Assembly: GCA_017482195.1 (NCBI GenBank)
Contig: JAFUNM010000046.1
Location: forward strand, 1,931-65,930
Length of the DNA: 64,000 bases
Direction of reading: 5' to 3'
Origin: Clostridia bacterium
GTDB lineage: Bacteria > Bacillota > Clostridia > Oscillospirales > QAKW01
Of this stretch, positions 54,568 to 62,802 are shown piece by piece. The stretch's first letter is position 1; every line of letters starts with the position of its first letter. The position numbers and the translations under genes are program-made. The notes under the pieces are model-generated. The model did not search any database and was not told the DNA's origin. It saw nothing but the letters and a program-made list of their open reading frames with translations.

Positions 54568-55359
54568 TTATTTTTTCTTTCGGTAAAGAACGCAAAATGT
54601 GCCAAAAAACAGGACCTGGATCCCCACCACGCTGAGCAATAAGATCAACCGTACGGTATAGGAAAAAGAGAAGAGGACATGGACCAAAAGAAACAGTTCC
54701 CACAGTCCGGTAGGAACCAGAATCAACAGCGGTTTCAGTTTAAACCGCTCCACCTTGCCCAACCAAAAGGCGCCCAGCGCTACAAATGCAATAAGAACTC
54801 CGGTGATCAGCGCGCTGACGGGTGCGGAGAGATAGCCGAACTCCGGTGCATTGAGGATTCCGGTGGCGGGAGAAAGCTGCCGCTCATAGAAGTAGACCCC
54901 CAGAGCACTCTGCAGGGCGATCAGCCAGGCCAGCAAGCCCATAACGGGCTTAATGAGATAATAAGCCAAATAAGCAATAAAATGGCCGATCAGCAGATAA
55001 AAGGCCGCTTCGGTGGCCAGCTTAAAAAGCTGAAGACCTACGCCGAAATAGGAGAGCAGCGGCAGAAAGAGCCCCATAATGGGCGCCACCAGCAGATACG
55101 CGCCGAAGGCGGGGGAAAAGAGCCTTTCCATCGCATCCTTCTTCCGACCGGCCAGCAGCACAAGGTACACAAAGCCGCCGATACACAGCACCAGAAGAAT
55201 GGGCATGACCCAGGGCAGCATCAGCCGGAACACATAGTCATAACGGTAGCGGGCCGTCCGCTCAGCCCAGAGAAACAGACACATCAGCAGGCTATAGAAA
55301 AACAGAATGCTGAACCGTCCGTTGAGGACATCCTTTTTGTTCATTTGTTTTTTTGCCAT
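54568..55359 (-). CDS. polytopic membrane protein, unknown function
   Basis: This 263-aa protein has multiple hydrophobic helices. A GAGG RBS is present. Confidence 0.5.
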   Translation of the reverse strand: MAKKQMNKKDVLNGRFSILFFYSLLMCLFLWAERTARYRYDYVFRLMLPWVMPILLVLCIGGFVYLVLLAGRKKDAMERLFSPAFGAYLLVAPIMGLFLPLLSYFGVGLQLFKLATEAAFYLLIGHFIAYLAYYLIKPVMGLLAWLIALQSALGVYFYERQLSPATGILNAPEFGYLSAPVSALITGVLIAFVALGAFWLGKVERFKLKPLLILVPTGLWELFLLVHVLFSFSYTVRLILLLSVVGIQVLFFGTFCVLYRKKK

Positions 55360-55374
55360 AAATAAAACCTCGAT

Positions 55375-56067
55375 TTATAGATTCCCGGTGCGGTCCAATA
55401 AGATGGGCAATAAAACGGCCGCCGCATCTTCCGTTCGCAGGATCCGCCGTCCCAAGGTACAGGTGGTCAGGCTTTCGGCCTCCCGAGGAGTAAGCCCGCC
55501 TTCGGGGCCGATCAAAAAGGCAAGACTGCCGCTCTTGGGCAGCTCCGGCAGAGGCGCATCGGAATTTTCATAGCAGATAAAGGCCGCGTCAGCCTCCTTC
55601 ATCTCAGCGATCGCCTCTTGAAAATTCATTGCCGGAGCAATTTCCGGCAGAATGCTTCTGCCGCTCTGAGTAGCCGCAGAGGCCACGATCTTCTCCCAAC
55701 GCTTGCGCTTATTCTCATTGGGCGCGCCGCCGATGGTGCGGGCGCTGATGACCGGCACAAAGCGGGTGACCCCTAAAGGGGTACACCGATGGAGCACCTC
55801 CTCCATCTTATCGCCTTTGGGCAGGCATTGATAAACGGTGATGGAAAGGTCGCTCTCCCCCACGGCAGGCACCTGCTCCAGCACCTTGAAGGCGGCAGTT
55901 TCCCGATCGCAGGCGATCATTTCCGATAAGTAATCCATTCCCTTCCCGTCACAGAATACGGCAGTATCACCCACCGCCATTCGGCGGGAGCGGGTCAGAT
56001 GCCGATAGGTCTCCCCTTCCACAGTGAAGGTATCCGACGGGGTAAAAGGCACAAAAAAGTGTTCCAT
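55375..56067 (-). CDS. rsmE: 16S rRNA (uracil1498-N3)-methyltransferase
   Basis: The RsmE pattern is present: HL..S.R...GD ... LIGPEGGLTPREAE ... LGRRILRTEDAA. Confidence 0.88.
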   Translation of the reverse strand: MEHFFVPFTPSDTFTVEGETYRHLTRSRRMAVGDTAVFCDGKGMDYLSEMIACDRETAAFKVLEQVPAVGESDLSITVYQCLPKGDKMEEVLHRCTPLGVTRFVPVISARTIGGAPNENKRKRWEKIVASAATQSGRSILPEIAPAMNFQEAIAEMKEADAAFICYENSDAPLPELPKSGSLAFLIGPEGGLTPREAESLTTCTLGRRILRTEDAAAVLLPILLDRTGNL

Positions 56068-56068
56068 A

Positions 56069-57010
56069 TTATCTCCTTGAAGTGATGGCCACCCAACCGC
56101 GCTCTTCCTCTACAGAAAGGACAGTCAGTCCGGCCGCCTTGATGCCCTCCAACAGCTCGTCCTTACGGGTATCAATGATGCCGGAGGCGATAAAAAGTCC
56201 GTCGGGCAGCAGCACCCGATGAAGATCCTTCAAGAGGGTCAGGATCACATCGGCCACGATATTGGCCACCACGATGGGGTACTGCCCGTCCACTACCGTC
56301 AGTAGGTCGCCGGCGGCATAAACCGTCTTATTTTCCAAACCGTTGAGGGCGGCATTGCGCTTGGCCACCTCAACAGCCAGTTGATCGATATCACAGCCGA
56401 AGGCGCTTTCTGCACCCAGCAGCACCCCTCCGATGGAAAGAATACCACTGCCGCATCCCACATCTAAAAGGGTTTTTCCGGCAAGATCCACCTGGGTCAG
56501 TGCCTTTAAGCAAAGGCGAGTCGTCTCATGAGCACCGGTACCGAAGGCCATGCCGGGGTCGATCCTCATGATCGTCTCTCCTGCCTCCGCTTTGTAGTCC
56601 TCCCACATGGGAACTACCACCAAGCGATCCACATGGATGGGTTTATAATACTGTTTCCAACCGCTCTGCCAATCCTCCTCAGGCAGATCACTGACGGTGA
56701 TCTCCAAAGTACCGTAAAGCGCTGCCTCGGGAGTCTTACGCAATTCCTCGATCCGTTCCTCAATATCCTTGAGCATGGCAAGGCCTTGCTCATTATCGGC
56801 GGCATAGACCTTAAAGAGGGTCCGATCGCTCTGACGCTTTAAAAGTTCTTCATCCACATAGTCCCAATGGGGGGTGACGGTATCTAAGAATTCCTGAAAA
56901 TCCTTGGGGTCGATTACCTCAAAGCCGCCGACACCTGCGGCGATCAGCAGATTGCTGACCGCCTCCTGAGCGGCAGAGAGGGTCTCGATATTCATCTGTT
57001 TATAGTTCAT
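56069..57010 (-). CDS. prmA: ribosomal protein L11 methyltransferase
   Basis: The SAM motif LDVGCGSGILSI and FGTGAHETT are present. ATG 57010 follows the hemW stop; the ORF-track extension to 57130 overlaps hemW. Confidence 0.88.
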   Translation of the reverse strand: MNYKQMNIETLSAAQEAVSNLLIAAGVGGFEVIDPKDFQEFLDTVTPHWDYVDEELLKRQSDRTLFKVYAADNEQGLAMLKDIEERIEELRKTPEAALYGTLEITVSDLPEEDWQSGWKQYYKPIHVDRLVVVPMWEDYKAEAGETIMRIDPGMAFGTGAHETTRLCLKALTQVDLAGKTLLDVGCGSGILSIGGVLLGAESAFGCDIDQLAVEVAKRNAALNGLENKTVYAAGDLLTVVDGQYPIVVANIVADVILTLLKDLHRVLLPDGLFIASGIIDTRKDELLEGIKAAGLTVLSVEEERGWVAITSRR

Positions 57011-57014
57011 CGAT

Positions 57015-58085
57015 TTACTCCCGGTATAAAATATCTGAAATAATACTGTTGGAAAGGGTGAAGCCCCGCTCATTAAGAGCAAAGCGTCCGTTTTCCACCC
57101 GCCCAAAGGCTTCATAGCGGGTATAATCAAAGCCGCCGGGCATCCATTCTAACGGAATGCCTTCCTTTAACCTTAGACCCAGCATAATGGCCTCCTCCAC
57201 TGCCTCCCTTTGGGAAACCGACTGAGGGGTGCAAAGAGGCCAGGGCTTTTCACAAAAGGCCGCAAGATCCTCCGGATAGGAATACCGGACACCCTTCCAA
57301 AAGGAGTGGGCGGCAGGTCCTAATCCGATATAATCGGTACGCTTCCAATAGGCGGTATTATGGCGGGAAGCATAACCGGGTTTGGCAAAATTGGAGATCT
57401 CATAATGCTCAAAGCCCTGCTCTCTGGCCTTCCGGCATAGAAGCCACCAAAGCTCCTCTTCCCGCTCCTCGTCCATAGGCTCGGCGTTTTCGGCCAAAGG
57501 CGTGCCCTCCTCCAATTGGAGAGAATAGGCGGAAAGATGGGTCACCGGGTAGGCAAGCAGTTCGTCAAGAGTCGCGCCGAAAGTCTCGGCGGTCTGGCCC
57601 GGCAGACCGAACATCACATCCACGCTCACATTGGTAAAGCCGGCCTCAAAGATCATTTGAAGGGCATCCAGAGCGACCTCACGGTCGTGGAGGCGCCCTA
57701 ATATTTTGAGTTCCTCTTCATTTAAGGATTGCACCCCTAAGGAAATACGGTTGATGCCACAGTCCTTTAAGGTCTGCAATAAGGCGGGGGTGGTGCTCTC
57801 AGGGTTCAGCTCCACCGTACGCTCCGCTTGCGGTTCAAATACGAAATGTTCGCGGACTGCCTGCAGCATCTCCGCCAGACGCTCCTCTCCCAGAAGGGCG
57901 GGAGTCCCGCCGCCTAAATAGAGGGTGGATAAGGGGCGCTTTTCTTCCTCTGCTGCACCGGCGATTGCCTTTTTCATGGCAGCAAGAAAGCGATCTTTGG
58001 TCTCCTCTCCTGCCGGTGCTGAATAAAAGGCGCAATAGGCGCATTTGCGACGACAGAAAGGAGTATGCAAATAAAGAGACAGCAT
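57015..58085 (-). CDS. hemW: radical SAM heme chaperone HemW (HemN-like)
   Basis: The radical SAM motif CRRKCAYCAF and the block LYLGGGTP are present. The gene lies downstream of lepA, a conserved arrangement. Confidence 0.88.
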   Translation of the reverse strand: MLSLYLHTPFCRRKCAYCAFYSAPAGEETKDRFLAAMKKAIAGAAEEEKRPLSTLYLGGGTPALLGEERLAEMLQAVREHFVFEPQAERTVELNPESTTPALLQTLKDCGINRISLGVQSLNEEELKILGRLHDREVALDALQMIFEAGFTNVSVDVMFGLPGQTAETFGATLDELLAYPVTHLSAYSLQLEEGTPLAENAEPMDEEREEELWWLLCRKAREQGFEHYEISNFAKPGYASRHNTAYWKRTDYIGLGPAAHSFWKGVRYSYPEDLAAFCEKPWPLCTPQSVSQREAVEEAIMLGLRLKEGIPLEWMPGGFDYTRYEAFGRVENGRFALNERGFTLSNSIISDILYRE

Positions 58086-58086
58086 C

Positions 58087-59889
58087 TTAAGAATCCAGCT
58101 TCAGCACCGCCATAAAGGCTTCCTGGGGCACCTCTACGCTGCCCAACTGGCGCATCCGCTTTTTTCCTTCCTTCTGCTTCTCCAGCAATTTTTTCTTACG
58201 GGTGATATCACCGCCGTAGCACTTGGCGAGCACGTCCTTCCGCAAAGCCTTAACCGTCTCTCGGGCGATGATCTTCCCGCCGATACAGGCCTGCACCGGA
58301 ATTTCAAACAGCTGCCGGGGAATGTGCTCCTTGAGCTTTTCCGCCATCCGGCGGGCGCGGGGATAGGCTTTATCGGTATGAACGATAAAGGAAAGGGCGT
58401 CCACTACCTCGCCGTTAAGCATAATATCCAGCTTGACCAGCTTGGATTCCCGATAGTCAGCCAGCTCATAGTCCAACGAAGCATAACCGCGGGTACGGGA
58501 TTTTAAGGTGTCGAAAAAGTCGTAAATGATCTCACCCAGAGGCAGTTCATAATGGACATTAACACGGTTATCGTCAATATAGCTCATATTCTTATAGATC
58601 CCCCGCCGATCCTGGCAGAGATCCATAATATTCCCCACAAACTCCTTGGGGGTAATGATATCTGCCTTAACAAAAGGCTCTTCGGTCATAGCGATCTCCG
58701 CGGGATCAGGGTAATTGGTCGGATTATCGATGCGGAGCACCGAACCGTCGGTCTTGGTGACCCGATAGCTTACCGAGGGAGCGGTGGTAATGATATCCAG
58801 CTGAAATTCCCGTTCGATCCGCTCCTGAATGATCTCCATATGCAAAAGGCCTAAAAAGCCGCAGCGGAAGCCAAAGCCCAGCGCCACCGAGGTCTCCGGC
58901 TCGAAAAGGAAGGAAGCATCATTGAGCTTTAATTTCGCCAGGGCTTCTTTTAAATCATCGTAGCGGGCACCGTCGGCCGGGTAAATACCGGAAAACACCA
59001 TGGGGGTACAGGGCTTATAGCCGGGCAGGGGCTCAGCACAGGGGCGGCTGCTTAAGGTAACGGTATCACCCACCCGCGTGTCCTCCACGCTCTTGATGGA
59101 AGCGGTAAAATAGCCAACCTGACCGGCCTGCAGAATGCCGGAAGCCTCAAAGCCCAACGGACGCAGGTAGCCGCATTCCACCACATCGAATTCCGCACCG
59201 GTGGCCATCATACGAATGCGGTCGCCGTTCTTTAAGGTGCCCTCCATCATCCGGATATAGACGATAACACCCTTATAACTGTCATAATAGCTATCAAAGA
59301 TCAAGGCAGAAAGGGGTGCTTTAGGATCGCCCTCGGGGGCGGGAATCTGCTCCACAACAGCCTCCAGCACCGACTGCATATTGATATTATTCTTAGCCGA
59401 GACCTTGGGGGCATCCAGCGCAGGGATGCCGATGACATCCTCGATCTCATGGGCCACCCGCTCAGGGTCGGCGGCAGGCAGATCGATCTTATTGATGACC
59501 GGGATCAGCTCCAGATCGTTATCCAAAGCAATATATGTATTGGCAAGGGTCTGGGCCTCAATGCCCTGAGAGGCATCCACCACCAGCACAGCACCTTCGC
59601 AGGCGGCCAGGGCACGGGAGACCTCATAATTGAAATCCACATGGCCCGGCGTATCGATGAGGTTGATCTCATAATCCTCGCCGTTTTGGGCATGATAATC
59701 CAGCCGGACGGCGCGTGCCTTAATGGTAATGCCGCGCTCTCGCTCCAGCTCCATATTATCCAACAGCTGATCCTCCATTTCCCGCTGCTCTACGGTGTTG
59801 CAAAGCTCCAAGAGGCGGTCGGCGATGGTGGACTTGCCGTGATCGATATGGGCAATAATGGAAAAATTCCGAATGTTTTTCTGATTCAC
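58087..59889 (-). CDS. lepA: translation elongation factor 4
   Basis: G-domain motifs [17 protein letters not shown] and NKIDL are present in a 600-aa LepA architecture. The GTG start follows GGAGG. Confidence 0.95.
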   Translation of the reverse strand: MNQKNIRNFSIIAHIDHGKSTIADRLLELCNTVEQREMEDQLLDNMELERERGITIKARAVRLDYHAQNGEDYEINLIDTPGHVDFNYEVSRALAACEGAVLVVDASQGIEAQTLANTYIALDNDLELIPVINKIDLPAADPERVAHEIEDVIGIPALDAPKVSAKNNINMQSVLEAVVEQIPAPEGDPKAPLSALIFDSYYDSYKGVIVYIRMMEGTLKNGDRIRMMATGAEFDVVECGYLRPLGFEASGILQAGQVGYFTASIKSVEDTRVGDTVTLSSRPCAEPLPGYKPCTPMVFSGIYPADGARYDDLKEALAKLKLNDASFLFEPETSVALGFGFRCGFLGLLHMEIIQERIEREFQLDIITTAPSVSYRVTKTDGSVLRIDNPTNYPDPAEIAMTEEPFVKADIITPKEFVGNIMDLCQDRRGIYKNMSYIDDNRVNVHYELPLGEIIYDFFDTLKSRTRGYASLDYELADYRESKLVKLDIMLNGEVVDALSFIVHTDKAYPRARRMAEKLKEHIPRQLFEIPVQACIGGKIIARETVKALRKDVLAKCYGGDITRKKKLLEKQKEGKKRMRQLGSVEVPQEAFMAVLKLDS

Positions 59890-60023
59890 AAAAGACCTCC
59901 GATAAAAGGTTGATGCCCGATGTTGCCCAAGATCTCATGGGTACCGGACGCCGCCGTCTCGATTCCCCAAAGGGTGAGGGCGGAAAATAAAATTAATAAT
60001 AAAATAATGGCAATCGTTCTCAT
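59886..60023 (-). CDS. possible 45-aa membrane micro-ORF overlapping the lepA start
   Basis: The sequence is [45 protein letters not shown]. Its TGA overlaps the lepA GTG (GTGA). The RBS is weak, and the ORF is too short for the ORF track. Confidence 0.25.
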   Translation of the reverse strand: MRTIAIILLLILFSALTLWGIETAASGTHEILGNIGHQPFIGGLL

Positions 60024-60052
60024 AGGATTTATGCTACCCTATGAAAGGAATT

Positions 60053-60877
60053 TTATTCTTCTTCCACCTCAGGGATGGCATCCATATACTCATTGAGCAT
60101 GGAAAGATCCGGCATTTCCATGGGTGCTGCTTCTTTAGGTTTTCGAGACAGGCAGTTGAGGGTATAGCCTGCCAGCACAGAAAGGATCAGGCCTTCAGCG
60201 GCAGTAAAGACCGCCGGAACGTTAAGGCCGCCGAACAAAGGAACTACGAAGGCCATCGGAAGAAGTACCAGCACAATGCCGCCGGCGGCACCCAGACGCT
60301 CCTTGGAGCAGGCGGCACCCACCAGGGTTTTGCTCAAAGAGAAGGTAAAGAACAGGGCAGCGCACCAGCCCAGCATCCCTAAAATATAGGCGCTGATATG
60401 GATATACTTATAGGTGGTCCAGAAATAATAAACGATCTGCCCTGCAAGCTGCAGCATGGGCAGCAGCGTCCAGAGGGCGGCTCGCTTGGGAGAACGGCCC
60501 ATCCAGAGCCAGCCGAAGGCACCGGTCAAAAAGAGCACAGCGGTTACCGCATCTAAAGAAGAGGCGGCATCCATCAGGCGGAAAATACCGTCCACCCCGC
60601 TGGCAACGCCCATCAAACCGAAAAGGATGCGAGGCATCCAATCCCGACTGTAGAGCACCGAGAGCTCTGTTTGCTCCTTTTGGCCTGCATAGCAGATGAG
60701 GCTAAGCAGAAGACCAACGATCAACACAGCGATCCGCACCGTACTCCATACAGAGGCAGCAGATACCGCAAGGTAATAGCCCTCCTGATCTAAAGTTATA
60801 AAATATTCTACAATTCGGATGACCAAAGCAAGGATCCCCAGCCCGACCGTACCGAACAGACCGATTTTATTCTTCAT
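60053..60877 (-). CDS. polytopic membrane protein, unknown function
   Basis: This 274-aa protein is strongly hydrophobic throughout and has an acidic C-terminal tail. Confidence 0.5.
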   Translation of the reverse strand: MKNKIGLFGTVGLGILALVIRIVEYFITLDQEGYYLAVSAASVWSTVRIAVLIVGLLLSLICYAGQKEQTELSVLYSRDWMPRILFGLMGVASGVDGIFRLMDAASSLDAVTAVLFLTGAFGWLWMGRSPKRAALWTLLPMLQLAGQIVYYFWTTYKYIHISAYILGMLGWCAALFFTFSLSKTLVGAACSKERLGAAGGIVLVLLPMAFVVPLFGGLNVPAVFTAAEGLILSVLAGYTLNCLSRKPKEAAPMEMPDLSMLNEYMDAIPEVEEE

Positions 60878-61028
60878 AAAGGCTCGTTCCTTTCAATATA
60901 GTTACACAGAATATATTATATATTTTTATATAAAAAAAGTAAATAGATTTCCGCCGAAAACTTTTCCTTGCGGAATAACAGAAAATGTGGTAAGATTTAG
61001 GTTGATAAATTTTGAGCGAGGATACTTT

Positions 61029-62135
61029 ATGATCATTATTGAAGATTATAAGCAGAAATTCAATGAATTTAAGAAGGACTTGGATACCCTGGAGAAGGCG
61101 CTGAAGATCGCAGACCTGCGGGTCAAGATCCAAGAGGATGAGGCCCTTACTGCCGCTCCCGGCTTTTGGGACGACATTGCCAATTCTCAAAAGGTATTGC
61201 AGGTTATTAAGAACAATAAAAAAACCGTAGAAAACTTTGAAAAGATGGTCTCTGCCCATGAGGATCTGGGTGCTCTTCTGGAAATGGCCGAAATGGACCC
61301 CGAAGAAATGGAAGAGGATGTTATCAAAGAATTCACTGACTACGAGAAAAAGCTGGAGGCCGCCAACCTCCAAACCCTATTAAGCGGTGAATTCGATCAG
61401 AACAACGCCATCCTCACCTTCCACGCCGGTGCCGGCGGTACCGAGGCCCAGGATTGGGTGGAGATGCTTTACAGAATGTATCTGCGGTTTGCCCAACGGC
61501 ATGATTATAAGGTGACGGTACTGGATTACCTGGACGGCGACGAGGCCGGCATCAAGAGTGCCTCTATTTTGGTAGAAGGTCAGTATGCTTACGGCTATCT
61601 CAAAAGCGAGATGGGGGTTCACCGCTTGGTGCGGGTCTCCCCCTTCGATGCCTCCGGCCGTCGGCAGACCTCCTTTGCATCAGTGGAGGTCATGCCCGAG
61701 ATCGACGACAGCGTTGAAGTCGAAATCCGTCCCGAGGATATCAAAATGGAAGTGTTCCGCTCCAGCGGCGCAGGCGGCCAGAAGGTCAATAAAACCTCTT
61801 CGGCCGTGCGGCTCATCCACCTGCCTACCGGCATCGTAGTCTCCTGCCAGAATGAACGCAGCCAGTTCCAGAACCGGGATATGTGTATGAAGATGCTCAA
61901 ATCCAAGCTGATCGAGATCAAAGAGCGTGAGAATCTGGAGCGTATTGAGGATATCAAGGGCGACCAGATGAGCAACGGCTGGGGCAGCCAGATCCGTTCC
62001 TATGTATTTATGCCTTATACCTTGGCCAAAGACCATCGCACCAATTTTGAGATGGGTAATATCAATGCGGTAATGGATGGAGACATCGATGGTTTCGTCA
62101 ATGCCTATCTCATTCACCTCTCCCATCAAGAATAA
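61029..62135 (+). CDS. prfB: peptide chain release factor 2 (no programmed frameshift)
   Basis: The SPF motif (VRVSPFD) and GGQ motif (SSGAGGQKVNK) are present. ATG 61029 follows GAGGAT. The N-terminal segment is in frame, so no internal UGA frameshift site is needed. Confidence 0.92.
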   Translation: MIIIEDYKQKFNEFKKDLDTLEKALKIADLRVKIQEDEALTAAPGFWDDIANSQKVLQVIKNNKKTVENFEKMVSAHEDLGALLEMAEMDPEEMEEDVIKEFTDYEKKLEAANLQTLLSGEFDQNNAILTFHAGAGGTEAQDWVEMLYRMYLRFAQRHDYKVTVLDYLDGDEAGIKSASILVEGQYAYGYLKSEMGVHRLVRVSPFDASGRRQTSFASVEVMPEIDDSVEVEIRPEDIKMEVFRSSGAGGQKVNKTSSAVRLIHLPTGIVVSCQNERSQFQNRDMCMKMLKSKLIEIKERENLERIEDIKGDQMSNGWGSQIRSYVFMPYTLAKDHRTNFEMGNINAVMDGDIDGFVNAYLIHLSHQE

Positions 62136-62148
62136 GACTGCCTAAAGG

Positions 62149-62185
62149 AAAAGAACCCGAACCAAAAGGTTCGGGTTCTTATTTT
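62149..62185. terminator. bidirectional intrinsic terminator
   Basis: Hairpin AAGAACCCGAACC-aaaa-GGTTCGGGTTCTT is followed by ATTTT. Confidence 0.85.
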
Positions 62186-62239
62186 ATCCTCATATTAGAC
62201 AGTCTGAACAAAGTATCAAAAACAACACCGCTCAAAGTC

Positions 62240-62461
62240 TCACTTCTTGATCGGTTCCGGGTTTTCGCTCAGTCCCAATACATAATCTGCCGAAACATTA
62301 TAGTGGCGGCAAATCGCTATAATTCTGCGAACCGGCATTTCATTGACACCCTTTTCGTATTTCATGTAAGCCTGCTGAGTTGTTCCCAAAAACTCCGCTA
62401 ATTGCCGTTGGGTTTCATGATTTGCCTGACGGAGCGCCCGTATTCTTTCATAGTATTCCAT
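62240..62461 (-). CDS. small XRE-family HTH regulator (cassette 5)
   Basis: The 73-aa protein is MEYYERIRALRQANHETQRQLAEFLGTTQQAYMKYEKGVNEMP...NVSADYVLG. An AGGAGGA RBS is present. Confidence 0.85.
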   Translation of the reverse strand: MEYYERIRALRQANHETQRQLAEFLGTTQQAYMKYEKGVNEMPVRRIIAICRHYNVSADYVLGLSENPEPIKK

Positions 62462-62482
62462 ATCATTTATCCTCCTATTTTA

Positions 62483-62556
62483 GTTTAAATCAAAAATGAT
62501 GTATCGACAAACGCCAAAAGTGATGTTAAACTAATAACATCAAATTTGATTTAAAC
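62483..62556 (+). promoter_or_regulatory. promoter enclosed by 20-nt inverted repeats (cassette 5)
   Basis: GTTTAAATCAAAAATGATGT (62483-62502) pairs with ACATCAAATTTGATTTAAAC (62537-62556), matching at 18 of 20 positions. TCGACA (62504-09), a 17-nt spacer and TAAACT (62527-32) lie between the arms. Confidence 0.55.
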
Positions 62557-62568
62557 AAGGAGCATACC

Positions 62569-62802
62569 ATGAAAAAGCAAATCAGTATCTGCGTAGACCC
62601 CGAAGTTTTAGAAAGATTAAAGCAATTAGCCAAACAGGAAGAACGATCTCTTTCCCGCTATATCAATCGGATTTTGAAGCAACACACCGAAAAACACCAA
62701 ACCAAAGCCAACTCCATCTTACCCGCAAACCAAAGACCATCCAAAACAAATGAAGATCACCGTTTTCGGCGGTCTTATTCCAATTCGAAAGCGCCGGTAT
62801 AG
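62569..62802 (+). CDS. small ribbon-helix-helix-like partner protein of cassette 5 (with long tail)
   Basis: MKKQISICVDPEVLERLKQLAKQEERSLSRYINRILKQH parallels the 47-aa paralog at 25523. An AAGGAG RBS is present. The tail runs 28 nt into the convergent ABC gene. Confidence 0.6.
   Translation: MKKQISICVDPEVLERLKQLAKQEERSLSRYINRILKQHTEKHQTKANSILPANQRPSKTNEDHRFRRSYSNSKAPV

Noticed and set aside
60819-61100. Programmed +1 frameshift site expected in prfB, and the long N-terminal extension in the ORF track
   Set aside because: The segment normally encoded before the frameshift (IEDYKQKFNEFKKDLDTLEKALKIADL) is in frame with the rest of RF2. No CTT-TGA-type site is present. The 70 codons upstream of ATG 61029 overlap the divergent promoter region and have no RBS.
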